Source: Takakia lepidozioides (Eukaryota > Plantae > Bryophyta). Taken from it: DNA of 64,000 bases. Shown here piece after piece: positions 25,441-38,588 of the stretch (its first letter is position 1; every line of letters begins with the position of its first letter). The stretch lies in NCBI GenBank assembly GCA_030704615.1, contig CM060732.1, positions 77,624,001-77,688,000 on the forward strand. Reading direction: 5' to 3'. Both the position numbers and the translations under genes were made by a program. The notes below the pieces were generated by a model. That model saw nothing but the letters and a program-made list of their open reading frames with translations. It ran no database searches and had not been told where the DNA came from.

Positions 25441-27126
25441 GCCTGAAGATTGTAAGATGCCCAGGGGAGAGATTGTCAAGATACTTCTAATTTTGTGTTT
25501 GCTTCAGGATTGCTCCAGGAGCTCTGATTAGAAGAACCTGGTATGAGGAAATGTCTGCCGCAGCCCACGTCTGTAGGCAGACAATATGCAATTTATTTCA
25601 TTCAGTTTTGTTGATTTGAGTAAACTTGTCTCATTGTCAGCTCTAAGAAAGGCATGTTGGGGTACCATGTTGTGGGTATCTTCAGTTTTCCCCCTGGGCT
25701 GTTGTAAGCATGTTGTCCTGCTCCTTCTCCACGCCAGACCAAGCAATCTCCCCCTTCGTTTCTACTCCCTGGCTGCGTGATGCATCTGTGAGTGGGGTCT
25801 GTTGACACATTTGATTCAGGGAGATTTTCATTTAATGTTTCCATCTCGGTCCGGGAGCTCCATGAATATTTCCTCTAGAATGTTGCCTGGGTTTCCAGTC
25901 TTCCATTCGTTTAGAGTCTGAGAAATGTTCAGATTTTGGAAGCAATTGTCTCTCTACACTTGCACTGCAGATGGTTGGGGTATGGAGCATGAAGTGTTCT
26001 GCAAATGGTGGTGAAATGTTACCAGAGTTGATTGTTGTCTCAATGGAATTTGTTCACTGTTGACCTTGGTGAATGCCTGTCTATGGAAATTTGGCCGAGG
26101 ATGCATTGCATGCTTGTTTCCATCGCCCAGTTGCTATGCAATGAAGGTCTTGCTCAGACCTCCCGTCTCTAATGTCTGTGTCCCTCTGCACAGCCCAAAA
26201 GGGACATAGGCATGTTGGTCTGATACAGGAGGAAGGGGGATTTCTATCTAAAGGTTATCTATCTATCATGGCTCTTCCACATTCTGATCTGGCTCATGGG
26301 GCAGGACAGCAAGAGGTTGATCACACAGTTGTCAGAAGATACATGCACAATTGGCAAGAGTGCCTGCCATATTCGGAGTTGCAATTCTACAAACACATCC
26401 TCGTCACACACAAATTCGAAGTAACATCTGAAGCAACTAAGTGAGGACATGTTACAGAGTTTTATTGTCGAAAATTGTGGTATGAAGAGGCAGGGTAGGC
26501 CACACGAAATTGTTACAGTGAACATGTAGAGCTCGGCCTTGGCTCCAGATAGATCACAGAAGCCAAAGCCTCAAGTGATTGACTGACTAAACTTAGAGAT
26601 GAGAACAGGGGTTGCCCCAAGCAATATATAAGGAGGTTCAAGAACTACGTTGTTGCAGCTGGGTCAGCTTGTTAGTAAAATTTGTCTGAAGTCCTAAAGG
26701 CAATAAGACAGGTGATTGGTTGGTTTAAGATGCTGAGCACTGACCTTGCCTGCCTGCCTGTTTCTCTTCTCCATTCACAGATGGATTTCAAGCACTGGCC
26801 ATCTACTACGATGCCTCAAGAACCCAGAGTGCAAACTGTACACCCGAAGTTGTCTCACTATCAAGGAAGGCTACAATAGATGTACAGGTATCTAGCAAGA
26901 AAGTTGGGAAGGGTCCAGGCTACTTTGCTCCCACCTCCAGCAAGACCCATGATCCCCGTTCCACATTGGTTTCCAGCAAGTGCCCATCATCTCTGCCACA
27001 GCACTGAGGGGAAAAACCTCTCCTACAAGGCTGCTGGCCATGTGTCCTCAACCTTTCAGTCAGGGTGTATGTGAAGGTGGACCAACCACAGTTAGCCATA
27101 AAAGGAAGTCGTTCCATGGGCTACAG

Positions 27127-30100
27127 CTACCAGTTAGCTGTGCGTGTCCTCCGCAACATCTTAGGCTTAGAGGCCATTTGTTGGCCCACGGATTTCATCA
27201 TCTCGATATTCTGCACAGCAACCACCAGGGTTAGTCAAAGACAGAAGATTGACAGTGGCATAGACGGAAAGTGGTCTACATTTTATGGTATTGCACACTG
27301 GCATTGAGTACCTTCCCTGGAAGAGTACGTTGGAGTGAGCTATCAACCTCTCTCTACATCACCTACATCATCTCCCTGTCCTCTAGGAAGCCTATTGACA
27401 TTGGGTGGACTTGAACGGGAGTACATTAATGTCTCTGTGACTAAATGCCGGCCTTGTGACCTTGTGTTCTTGTTTGTTTCAACCTGAAGCGCTTTGCTTC
27501 AGGTAAGGTAGTGCATTGGATTTAGTTGGAAAGCTTGGGGCCTTTCCCTCTTTAGAATATGCCTACACGGGCCATTCCCTGCAACTCCCTGGAGTGTGAT
27601 CTCTGAATGGTAACAAGCGGACTCCTACCGCTTGGGGGCAGCCCCTCCGCCCAAATTGGGCAGTCATATGCTCTGTCTAGCATACTCGGCACTTGGGCTC
27701 GGGTTGGTTCCTGTGCTTAAACTTATGGCCTGCGAAAACAATCAAAAATTTAGCTCCTATCAACATCAACACTCCTCAGGGTGATCCCTGGGAATTGGTT
27801 ACTTATGCCAAATCTAGGGCTTCATGTGTAGTTTTTGGGGTGAATCCCAGGATGGACAATGTGTCCTTTAAAACTACATGCTCTAGCTTAGGCTTGGATT
27901 TCATGGCTAATGGTACCATCTCGAGACTTGATAACAGGGGTACGTTGAAGGTTGCAATGACCAAAGTGCTTCTAATAGAGTCCCGCATCAATTCAATCTC
28001 AAAGAAGTTCGTCCCTTGACTGGCTGGAGAGCGGTCTTAGACATTGGTGATTCAATGGGGCGCTCTAGGAAGACAACCAAGGGCAACAACTTCAACTTGA
28101 GAGTTTCTAATCGGTTTGATGCTCTGGATGAGGTTGAATCCAAACAGCCAGAAGGACAAGATGCCCCTAAGTGTACGGAACCTGAACGTCCTGAATCTGA
28201 AGGATTTGGTACTCTGAATGGTTTACCAATCCTCAAGGTTTACACAAGACGAACAAATTCTATACACGGGGTAATTGTCCCCAAGCCGTCAGATGGACAA
28301 TCTGTCCCTAAGTGTGCAGAGCCTGAACGTCGTGTAACTGAAGGATTTGGTACTCTAAATGGTTTACCAATCCTCAAAGTCTACACAAGACGAGCAAAAT
28401 CTATACACGGGGTAATTGTCCCCAAGCAGTCTGACGGACAATCTGCCCCTATGTGTGCGGAGCCTGTGCGTCGTGTAACTGAAAGATTTGGTACCCTGAA
28501 TGATTTACCAATTCTCAAAGTTTACACAAGACGAGCAAAATCTACACATGGGGTAACTGTCCCCCCTTTGCAGAACGGTTGGCCGTCCAGGAGCAATCAC
28601 AAGCTACCTAGACGACAAACAATTCACACGCAAAGGGCTGGCTTGCGGCTGGCCACTTTCAACTTCTCAGGGTTGACCAACCAAAGGAAACAACTTGAAG
28701 TGGGACAAGTTCTTCGGACTAATGATATTCATATCTGTGCTGGGCAAGAAACATGGGAAACGTCGGATAAACTGGTTGGAGATGTCATTGGTTATAAACG
28801 GGCAGGTAAGATGTGTACTCTCAAGGCAGCCTCTGCCAAACGCGGTCAAAAAGGGGTCGGATTCTTTGTCCGTGATTTCTTGTTTGACAATTGTGAAATT
28901 ATCAACAAGGGTTTGAGGTACGAGCATAGTATCTGGCTAAAACTGAATTTGAAGGGCGGCATGAGTACAAAGGACCTCTTTGTTGGTTGTGTTTACATGC
29001 CCACAGAGGGGACCCTTAGTGCTGACGCAGACAAGGCCTTCGAAGATGTAAAGCTGGACTGTGCTTCGTTCCTTGCCAAAGGTCAGGTGGTACTATTGGG
29101 GGACTGCAATGCCCGGGTGGGCAAAGGGATCCATCAGGACGATATCATTGGACCTTTTGGTGAGGACGAGCTGAATTCTAATGGCAGACGGTTAATTAAC
29201 TGTCTAGAAGAGCTTCAGCTTTTGACCTTGAATAACAGGACAAGAGGTGACCAAGTGCAGTGGACTCGTGAGAAATCCCAAACTGGGGAACGTTCCATTG
29301 TGGACTATATCATAATGGACAAAATTTTGTTCCCCCAGTGTGCCAATGTGTTGATCGACAGAACTGATATTGGTACCTCTGACCACTTCCTGGTTTGGAC
29401 TGAGATCAAAAGGTGTTTTCCCACCACCAAGAGATCTGTGAAACGTTCGATTCGGAAGTGGCGCATAGAAAAATTCCACAATGAGGAGGTCAAGGCTGAG
29501 TACGTCCAGGCCTTGCAAGAGGCTCTCCCTCATTTTGTCCAATCACTCCAAGAACTTCAGTCACGCTCTGTTAACGCAAGAAATGAAGTCGAAAGAGCAG
29601 TGGACTCTTGGGAGAGTTTCGTTTCCTCCGTGGCTGACAAGATCATTGGGAGGAAACTAATTGTCTGCGGTAGAGCAGTTAATTGGTGGACTAATGAGAT
29701 TAAACTCAAGATAGCTGAGAGACGAGCCCTCTATAAAGAGTGCTGCCATTTGGAAACCAACAGAGAATTGTGGGCGAGGTACTACCAGCTCCGTAAAGAT
29801 ATCAATCAGCTTGTTAGGTCTCAGAAGAAATTATACTGGGACAAGTTATACAGTGAAATAAACTCAAACCACCATGGTGGTAATGACAAGAAATTCTGGT
29901 TGGCCCTTCAACGTTTGTACAAGCCGAAAAACGGTCAGCAAGTACAAGCGCTGAAGACTACTAAAGGTGCAGTGGTGACTTCATCGGTTGACATTGTCAA
30001 AACCTTTGAAACTCACTACAGTATCCTTGGCAGAACTTCTAGGTCTAACAGTGAGGGGTCTTCTGCTGAATGGAGGGACACAGTTGGAAAAACTGTTCCT

Positions 30101-33100
30101 ATGATTCAAAACAGCCCTGATGAACTGGAGTATATTTCAATGGCTTATAATGCTCCCATTAGTTCTTCTGAGATTGTGGAAGCAATTGAACATTTAAATG
30201 GATATAAAGCTGGTGGACCTGATGGTATTGTCAACGAGCTTATCAAGCACGGTGGCGGTCCCATGATAGAGGCCCTAGTTCTCCTCTTCAACCTTATCTG
30301 GAAGACTGAAATGATCCCCTTTTGCTGGCGACAGGGGGTCATTGTCAATCTATACAAGAAGGGTGACAGAGAAGAACCGGGGTACTACCGTGGCATCACG
30401 CTCCTCAATGCTGTTGGCAAGACATTCTGCAGAGTTATAAGTACTCGTCTCGAGGTTGATCTGGAGTCTAGAGGTTGTTTCCACGAAGGCCAAGCTGGCT
30501 TTCGGCGAAACAGGGGCTGTGTGGATCATATCTTCACTCTAAGCCAGATTATCCAGGGAAGGAAAAAAGAAGGGAAACCCACTTATGTCTTTTTCCTGGA
30601 TGTCAAAAAGGCTTATGACACAGTGTGGAGAGATGGCCTATGGTTCCGCCTCTGGTCTTGTGGGATCAAGGGAAAGATGTGGAGAGTTGTCCACAACTTG
30701 TATGCTCACACCAAAAGCTGTGTCACTGTTAACGGACAGAAGTCCAACTTCTTTGACATAGACCAAGGTGTAGCTCAAGGATGTACTCTCTCCCCTCTGC
30801 TCTTCAATGTTTTCATCAATCAACTCCTCAAGGATGTGGAAAGTGAGGGATTTGGGTTAAGGGTGGGTGATACCACCATACCAGCCCTTATGTTTGCGGA
30901 TGACTTCGCAGGCATAGGGGAGACTCCAACCAATCTCCAGGAGTTGATTGATTGCGTGAAGAGATACTTTGATCTTTGGGGGCTAGAGGCTAATGTCAGC
31001 AAATGTGCAGTGGTAGCATTCAACGACAGAGGAGAGGGAGGAAGTGAACTTAAGTGGCAGTGGGGTAGTCAAGAAATCCCGGTCCTCCCGTCCTACACTT
31101 ACCTGGGCGTTGAGTTCTCCTCCAATTGTAATTGGGATGCACATATCCGGAAAGTTGTTCAAACTGGCAAGGGCAAAGCTCTGGGGCTCACTAAATTTTT
31201 CCACTGCAGAGGGGTCAACTCTGAGGTTAAGAAAACCATGCTTTGTCGGGAGTACGGATCTGCTATATGGGTTGATAACTCCAACCAGGCTAAGTCTCTA
31301 GAATCCATTCAAGTGGGGGTGCTTAAGGACTGTATGTCAGCATGCTCCAAAACAGCCAATGGGGCTGTTTGGGGTGAGTTTGGCATCCGTCCTTAAGCTC
31401 CCGATGAGATGAATTCAAGGTCAGATGGTGGGGTCAGCTGCAACATATGCCCAACACCAGATATCCTAAGTTAATCGACTCTATATCTTGGAAACAGGAC
31501 CGCCCTGTCAAACAGGCGAAGTCCTGGCAGAAGAGAGTAGAAGAGATCCTCAAGGACCTGGACCTGGATCCGCAAGTCTTGACCCTGCTGGATAAATCTG
31601 ACTTAGAGGCTGTAGTGTCCTCAGCCATGTCTGTTGCCATGAGATTGTCTGATGAAAATGAAGTTAGGCAGAAAACTTCCCTGAACTTGTTTCCAGTCTG
31701 TGACATGGGGGAGGACATCTTGGATGACCTCAAGGGTCTACCCACTCTCGGCACTAGACTGAAATTTAAACTCAGGGCAGGAAGCCTACCTTTGAACAGC
31801 AAACAGAAGCAGAGAGGAAAGGGAGAGTGCAATTGCCCATTGTGTGGGCAATCTGAAGACAGTATTCATTTTCTGATACACTGTCTGGGGTTCTCTCACC
31901 AAAGAGACGCTCTCTTCAAATCTATTAAGGGTATTGTGCCTGTACCCCTGTTTACCAACTTTGAAACTCTCGAGGCTGAGCCAAAAGCCCAGGCCCTCCT
32001 GAGGCCTAGTTTTTGGGCAAATCACACACAGCAGATTGATGCTTGTGTGAAGGGATTTCTACAGGATATCTGGAAAACCCAGATTAATTCTATATATGGA
32101 GGTAAGTCTTACTACCAACGTCAGCCCCTGACAGAGGTAGGTTCTGTCCCTTTTGTTCCTGCTCAAACTGGGCGCGAGGTCAATGGCCACAAGGCTACGG
32201 CAAACAACGTCTTATGAGTACAATCTCTACATCACCTACTTTTCTCTCTTCATGAAACTGAGGTCACGGGTGGACCATTGCCAGTCCTTTACATCATAAA
32301 AATTCCCTTGTTCTTCTATCTCTCTTTCCCTTTTTGTCAACTGAGTAACTCACGCATCTACTGGATGGTTAAAAGCCAGGATTGCAAAGCAGGACCTAGC
32401 AAGCCTTTATCTGCTAGAATCCATGCGTAACCCTACATCCCAAAACCCTAAGTGCGATGCTGATTAGTCCACTCCTGGGGAGATGATGGAGATCTTCCAA
32501 CAGAATTATTTTGGCTAGGCCAGTACATCATGCCCGACAATAGCAGTACAATGTGTTCTTGGGGGAATTAGTACCTGGGTTTTCCTTCGTTCTGCCTCTT
32601 CCTCCTAATGAACAAACACACAAACCACGCACCCCGTACATCATGTCAGTGTCTCTTGCTAAGAACATGCATTCACATACAATGTGGCAGTTACAAGTTG
32701 AACTTCCATAATGGGCTAAACAAGGTTTGCAATACAAATTACAAAACAAAGAAGCTAGCTCGAGTACCTAGCAGATACGTCAATATCTTAAATGGGACTA
32801 CCGTTAACACCAAAACTTGTCACACTAGTATTTCTGGAAGTGATCATTTTTTACACGCACACCAGGATTGATCCTAGTTAGAGAGGACTATAAAAGCTCC
32901 TGTGGCCAGTGTGAGACCCTACTGTAGCTTTATCTTCCCCAAAACACTTTGCCAAAACAGAAAGCAGAAAAGAAAGATGAGGGGATGGCAAATTGCCAGG
33001 CTGTAATATACGTACAGTCTTTCTCATGGATAGGTGCTGCTTCCTAAGTCTCATGTTCTCTTCCTTCAGTTGCGTAACTTCTGCTTCCAACTCCACTGTG

Positions 33101-34829
33101 TATGCCTACAAACCCCCACAAAGAACAAATTCTCCATTTACCCATCTCTATACAACTAAGAGTGTACCAATGGCAAGTAATTTGCATCAAGCTATTTGTC
33201 AAATGCAATTTTGGTAAAATTTCTGTATGGTTGCAACTTACTATGGTTCACAAAGGAACCATAGGATGCATTATTTTCAACTGCAGTTGCTGAACCTACA
33301 TGCTGCAATAGTGGTCACAGGTCTCTAACGTGCTTCCTTGGACTGGCATGCCTCTCTCTCCACATTAGGTTACAATATGAACGGTTGAAAAACATTACAT
33401 GCAACTGACCTGTTTTCGAGCCCTTGAGCGTGCAGCCGATTCCCGGTTCTTGATCATCCTCCTTTGCCGTCTCTCCACTACCCTCTCCACAGGGCCCTCT
33501 CCCCTCCTCTTTCTTCCTGCCTGAACTCCCTCCATCCCATAATGCATAGGGGACAAACCATTGTGTCCACTGTCTGAGTCGGGGCTGGGCGGGGATTCTG
33601 GGGCAATCCCCATATTCACCCCCATACCCATTCCTCCCCCTCCCATTCTCATTGCTAATCCGCCACCCGGCATACCACCTGCCATGTTAGGCCCCATGCC
33701 CCCACCCATGGGCCCTGCCAGCCCCATGCCCACCATGCCAGCCATCTGTACCACATGCCCGGGTCCTTTAGCCATCCTATTGGCTGCACTGGCATAAGCC
33801 GCTGCTTGCTGTTGAAGCATGTGTTGTTGCTGCATACTTTGAAGCCAGCCTGCCTGCCAATTTGATCCACATTTGAAGGATCTGTTATTTGATGGCTTGG
33901 CTAATTGTGACAAACTCCGTCTCCCATTGCAATCTGGGAGTAACCATCCTAGTTCACATCTACCAATAATGTTCAATCAAGTTGCACATGGTTATCCCTG
34001 CTTCCGAGCATAGCCGGTGGTGCATGCTTAAATTAACAAGAGGCAAGTACAATACACCACCAACGATAGGAACTATTTCAAGAGCACGCCAAATAAATAC
34101 CTGTTGCTGAGAAGCAGCTTGAGTTTTGAAGGCATCTATTTGCATGCTGTCAACTGTCGCTTGACTGGGATGCGCATTGGCAGTAGAAAGAGAGAGTATA
34201 GGTGCAATGTCTCCTCCTGCCCGGTCCCCTCCACCCTGTCCGTCTCTCTCTACTGACCCAAGGCCACCGCCAGCTGAAGAGAAGCCTTGGTTCCCAGAAT
34301 CCGGATCGTCTCTAACCACTCCAGCTCTCACTAAGAAGTCTTCCAGTGTCATCTCTCCAAAAGTGCCCTGACGCTGTTGTTGTTGTACACTGCTAGGGGC
34401 TCCTCCTCCAGCGTCGAATGTACCCCGACGAATATCTCTCCATACTTCGTCAACCGTTTTCAAGCCAAGCGTCTCTGGGAGAGTTATTGACCCCTGCCTC
34501 TGCAGGCTGGGTTGCCGGGTAAGCATCCCACTGGACCCTGTTCCACCTTCCCCAGTTCCTCCCATGGCAGCGGCCATGGCTTGACTCTCTTCTGCAGTCC
34601 ATATGTTCTTCAAAAACTCATCCATGTTCATAGATCCGAAATGCTTACCAGGATCAGTGATCGCATTTTGAAACTCGTCAAGAGTGAGAGAGTAGATAGA
34701 TGACTGCCTTGCGAGCGAGTTGAACCGGGTGATCCCGCTAGCGACATTGGAAGGCATGCCGTTGCTGGCATTTGATGGACCTGCAGGCTGGGGCTGTGTT
34801 TCTTGGGGACTCTCAGACTGCGGGCTCAT
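27127..34829 (-). CDS. ABI5: Group A bZIP transcription factor (ABI5/AREB/ABF family)
   Basis: Exons 34829-34101, 33853-33410, 33105-33016, 32604-32575 (30-nt mini-exon EEEAERRKTQ) and 27210-27127. C1 LARQSSIYSLTLDEFQ, C2 LQRQGSITLP..KTVDEVW, C3 RQGTFGEMTLEDFL, basic region RRQRRMIKNRESAARSRARKQAY, C4 LRRTRTANW*. The exon-3 donor is the least certain junction. The symbol is family-level. Confidence 0.9.
28055..32217 (+). pseudogene. LINE endonuclease/reverse transcriptase polyprotein, disrupted near the C-terminus
   Basis: ORFs 28016-31396 and 31447-32217 are separated by a 1-nt frameshift at about 31390 plus an in-frame TGA at about 31402. Confidence 0.85.
28140..28563 (+). repeat. Three tandem 141-bp (47-aa) in-frame repeats at the LINE ORF N-terminus
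   Basis: Units start at about 28140, 28281 and 28422, each encoding ..PKC.EP.R..EGFGTLNGLPILKVYTRR..S.HGV.VP. Confidence 0.9.
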
Positions 34830-35629
34830 CGTTCCTTGCCAAGCTGCAGCAGCTTCAGGTGGAGTCCGCTGCTTCTCAAGCGCTAAGGTTCTTCGTGCAG
34901 CCCGATCGCGCGCCCGACTACGGGCGTCTGGAGCTGCCAGCGCTGCCAGCTTATATTACAAAGCAAAGAAATTCAAAGGATTGAGAGAGGATTGAAGCCA
35001 GACCCCTGCCTCCCTTGTGCCTGTGTGTGTGTATTTCTCACTGACGACAGAGCCTCTGCTTCCACAATCTGCTCATTGAAATCTTGCCAATCCGAGAGCC
35101 TGATCATGTGCACATGACCTTGTCATTGAACTCCTGAAAATTTGAGCTACTGAAACTCCACCTACTCCCAGTCGATCTGTATACTGCAGAGACAGAACAA
35201 ACCTTGCATACATCTAAGAATAAGAAGAAGCGAGAGAAGAGGGAAAGATAGAATCCACACCGACTACTGTTTGAAACCACAATCAAGAACCTAAAGACAG
35301 ATTGAATCAGGAAAGAGAAAGCAAGAAAATCTGAAAGCAAAGATACCAAATCGAAATCACCAAATGTACCATACTACGAGAGACGTGATCCAAAGGAGAT
35401 GGGATCAAAGGACATGTTAGAGTTCAAAGCTTCGATTATTAAGGAAACGAAACAAAACTCGGAAAAAAAAATGGGACTCGAGGAGGAGTCACAAAAGCAA
35501 AGAGAGAACCGAGTTCAAAAAAACTTTAACAACCAAAAAAAAACTAAAACCACCAGCTCGCCGTACTCCCATGAGCTAGGAAACGAACCAGTCGAGCGAT
35601 AAGAGAGAGAGACGGAAGGCAGCGTCGGC

Positions 35630-35745
35630 CGAGCCCCGTGGCGATCGCTGCACGCCCTGCTCCTGGCTTGAGGGGTTTGAAAAACCAGCCCTGCGAGCGT
35701 GCACATTCTTTGTTAACGTGGCGCTGCCACTGCCTGCCACGCTAC
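35630..35745 (-). promoter_or_regulatory. ABRE and coupling-like motifs upstream of the ABI5-like gene
   Basis: ACGTGGC at 35716-35722, CCGTGGC near 35636 and GCCACGC near 35736. Consistent with known ABI5 autoregulation, but the motifs are short. Confidence 0.35.
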
Positions 35746-36208
35746 CCCTCTTCGTCTTCCTTCCACCACCCGACCGTACCCGCCCACCCTTGCTCCCGGT
35801 TGGGAACGATGCCTATGATTTTTATTTCATTTTTCTTCTTTTTAGTTTTTAGTTTTTAGTTTTTAGTTTGTTTTTGGACAGTAGACAGTAGCCTCAAGAA
35901 AAAAATGAAATTGTGTAATAATATCATTGGCATGGTGTTGAAGAAAGGGATGCAGAAAACATATTTGTATCGTCCGGAGCCGTCACATCGGCATGCGCTG
36001 CGCCGTCGAGATCCCTGTTCAGGATGTTGATGTAATTTGGACTGAAAGTTATATTTATATTTAATCTGATATTTTAAAAACAACAACCCCAAGTGTTTGT
36101 CATGGTAGCTACCACTTCCTGCAATCCGGTATCAACCATTAGGTTCAATCTCAAGATTCACTCCCATAGCCATAGAGACTGTAGCTTTCCTTTCGGCAGC
36201 AAGCTTAC

Positions 36209-36430
36209 GCGTCTTGCCTTAGGCATTCAAAGGGCACAAGCCATGTCTATTTTGCGTCTTGCCTTAAGTCTACGAAGGGCACAACTGCTATGTCTATACC
36301 GCGTCTTGCCTTAAGTCTACGAAGGCACAACTGCTATGTCTATACTACGACTTGCCTTAAGTCTACGGAGGGCACATTTGTTATGTCTATTTTGCGTCTT
36401 GCCGTATGCCTACAAAGGGCACAAGCAATG
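36209..36430. repeat. Minisatellite, about 46-47 bp x 5
   Basis: Unit GCGTCTTGCCTTAAGTCTACGAAGGGCACAACTGCTATGTCTAT.. starts at about 36209, 36254, 36301, 36347 and 36394. Confidence 0.85.
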
Positions 36431-36456
36431 CAGAGGTAGCCTCCAAGCTTCTCAAA

Positions 36457-36719
36457 CAGCATTTTTTTTCTTGGCGAATTCTCACCAAATTTCGACCTCA
36501 AAAATAAAATAAAATATTCTGTCGCAATCCCCTGTTTTTTATGGATGAAATCACCAAACTTCTCAATAATTATGGATGATATTGCAAAATATGAATGATA
36601 TAAATGGATGAAAATTCCTAGGAAAATGATTCTATCCAAATTTCACTGGATGAACAGAATATACGGCTATTTCTTGTAGCCACTCGTGCTGTTTTCCAAA
36701 TTTCGAAAACAAATCGCTG
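36457..36719. mobile_element. Possible old hAT-like MITE
   Basis: Imperfect TIRs CAGCATTTTTTTTC / GAAAACAAATCGCTG. Flanking 8-mers TTCTCAAA / CTCCCAAC match 5/8. Internal ATGGATGA repeats. Confidence 0.35.
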
Positions 36720-38588
36720 CTCCCAACCCCCACCCTTTTGGACTCGGTGATCTAAGTTAGGTACTTCCGGCAGTAGGCGATTGGCTTAATTCGCTTGTTG
36801 TCACTTTATTTCCCTTTCCGTATGGGGCTTTACTTCTTTGTTACAGATCCTTTTTGTCTCACGTACAGTCACTTGCTTCATTGGGGTCTTTGGTTTGTTT
36901 CAAGTAAAAAGGTGAAAAGCCTCACGCCATGCTGCACACTCTGCAAGGGAAACCGCAAGTGTCGATTTGCTGTTTACTCTTTTCCATTCTAGACAAATAT
37001 TTAAGGAAAATAACTTATCCTTCCGTTCTAAATTGAAAAACTTTACCAGGCGAGTAAGGCTACAGAGTGACACCAACGAGAAACAAGGATGAATATCAGA
37101 TATATCATCTGTCGAGGGACGCAAAAGTCGGGACACATTCATCCATCTCGTACGGCACGACTTCGTCACGGTCTGCAATTTGCATGGGCTATTGAATGGC
37201 GAAATGACGGCGCCTGGACGCCGGCCACCTGGCAGACGGCGACGCGCTGGAAAGCCGGGCCACCCATCCAGTGCCACAGAGCACGGCTTTGCAAAGCCAC
37301 CACACGTGGCGGCCCCCGGACCCCTGCCCACCCCTTTGCATTATTCCCTTGCGCTCTACTTTAGCTCGCCCGAGCCGCCTGTTACTACTAGGGTTACTAG
37401 TTACCCGCCAACGGATGGACCAGTCACTGACCTAATTTCATTCATCCACACTTTACGCTTTACGCACGTGGGCTTACTATTATTATATGTTACTGAACTC
37501 CCCGAACCGTGCGACGGGCGACAAGTGGACGGACCAGCACTGAAGCCTCGTTCAACTCGTGTATTAGCCGACCGGTTCTACGTACATACGGCGCGCATAC
37601 GAAACCGGCTGGGGCAGACGGATGGATGACTACATCCATTCATCCCGCTATGTTGTGTGCCACACCTCTCTCACATCCTCTTCAGTGGTGATGGGGACTG
37701 CCTTTGTTGAGATGTTTAGAAAAGCATAGCACTGCCTGCCCGTTGCGCACAACAAATGCTCCAGAAAAAAATTTCAGTGAATGTTTCAAAGATGGGAAGA
37801 ATCGGGATGAAAGGCTATCAACTTCCGCACAAAAATCAGTTCCCTCACTAGTCGTGCTTAGATTGACATTGTCATACCACCAAAAAGCACAATCCTCAGT
37901 CTTGGTTGATGCACAATAGGCAGTCTATGAGATTTTGGAAGGCCGATGCTTGGCACTGGTTTTCTGGAGTCGAATTGACGTGCCAATGTTTGCAACCAGA
38001 AACCTAGTATACCATGTCAGATGGGATCCGAAGCAATTATGTATAATAACATGCCCGCGTAATTCACCAATGAAAAAAGTGTACATGGCCCTTTTAAGTC
38101 GACAAATTCAAACAACTTCCGCCAAGCAGCTCCTCTGCTTTTGACCTACGCTCTGAACAGACTCAGAATTGAGCACACAAAAGCTGCATACGCACACTCA
38201 TATCTTTTAAGCTAAAGCAACCCACTGTGCCAACTGTTAACCACACCACTTACCTGTAGATGTCACCCAAAAAAAAGAAAAAAAAATCAATTTAGAAGCG
38301 AAGATAGAAGCAAGATGGAAAGCAAAGACAATCAACTGAATGCCTTTACACTCCACCCAACTGCCTACCGAACTGCTTGGATGAGCCCAAGGCTATAATC
38401 CGTATGAGAATCTTGACGTACTTACCATAAATGAGAGGAGCAGCACACAAGTTCAGAAATCCAATAGGATAGTATGCCATGAATGGGAAACCACAATTCA
38501 AAGATCAATCAGCTGAGAAGAAACTAACCTTTCTTTGATAACCGACAAAGGATTGAGCTCGAGCAAGTGACCTATGTAGACGCAATGC

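Larger units (their letters stand above)
27367..32223 (+). mobile_element. Near full-length non-LTR retrotransposon (APE endonuclease + RT + CCHC finger) inside the last bZIP intron
   Basis: 16-bp TSD TCTCTACATCACCTAC at 27351-27366 and 32224-32239. The ORF (ATG 28055) contains APE motifs (TFNFSGL, GQETW, GDCNAR, VDYI, SDH), RT motifs (YRGITL, QAGFR, FLDVKKAYD, GVAQGCTLSPLLF, FADD, YTYLG) and CPLCGQSEDSIHFLIHC. Confidence 0.95.

Noticed and set aside
24811-25479. 222-aa antisense ORF over eEF1B, and similar antisense ORFs over the PPR, LINE, LRR and IAA genes
   Set aside because: Shadow ORFs of biased coding sequence with no recognisable motifs.
27571-27640. HDV-like ribozyme in the LINE 5' leader (GCCATTC/GAATGGT stem plus a hairpin)
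   Set aside because: No P3/L3, P1.1 GG or P2 pairing could be built in the required order.
36209-36430. Regularly spaced repeats resembling a CRISPR array
   Set aside because: Whole units repeat with no unique spacers, the context is eukaryotic and there are no cas genes. It is a minisatellite.
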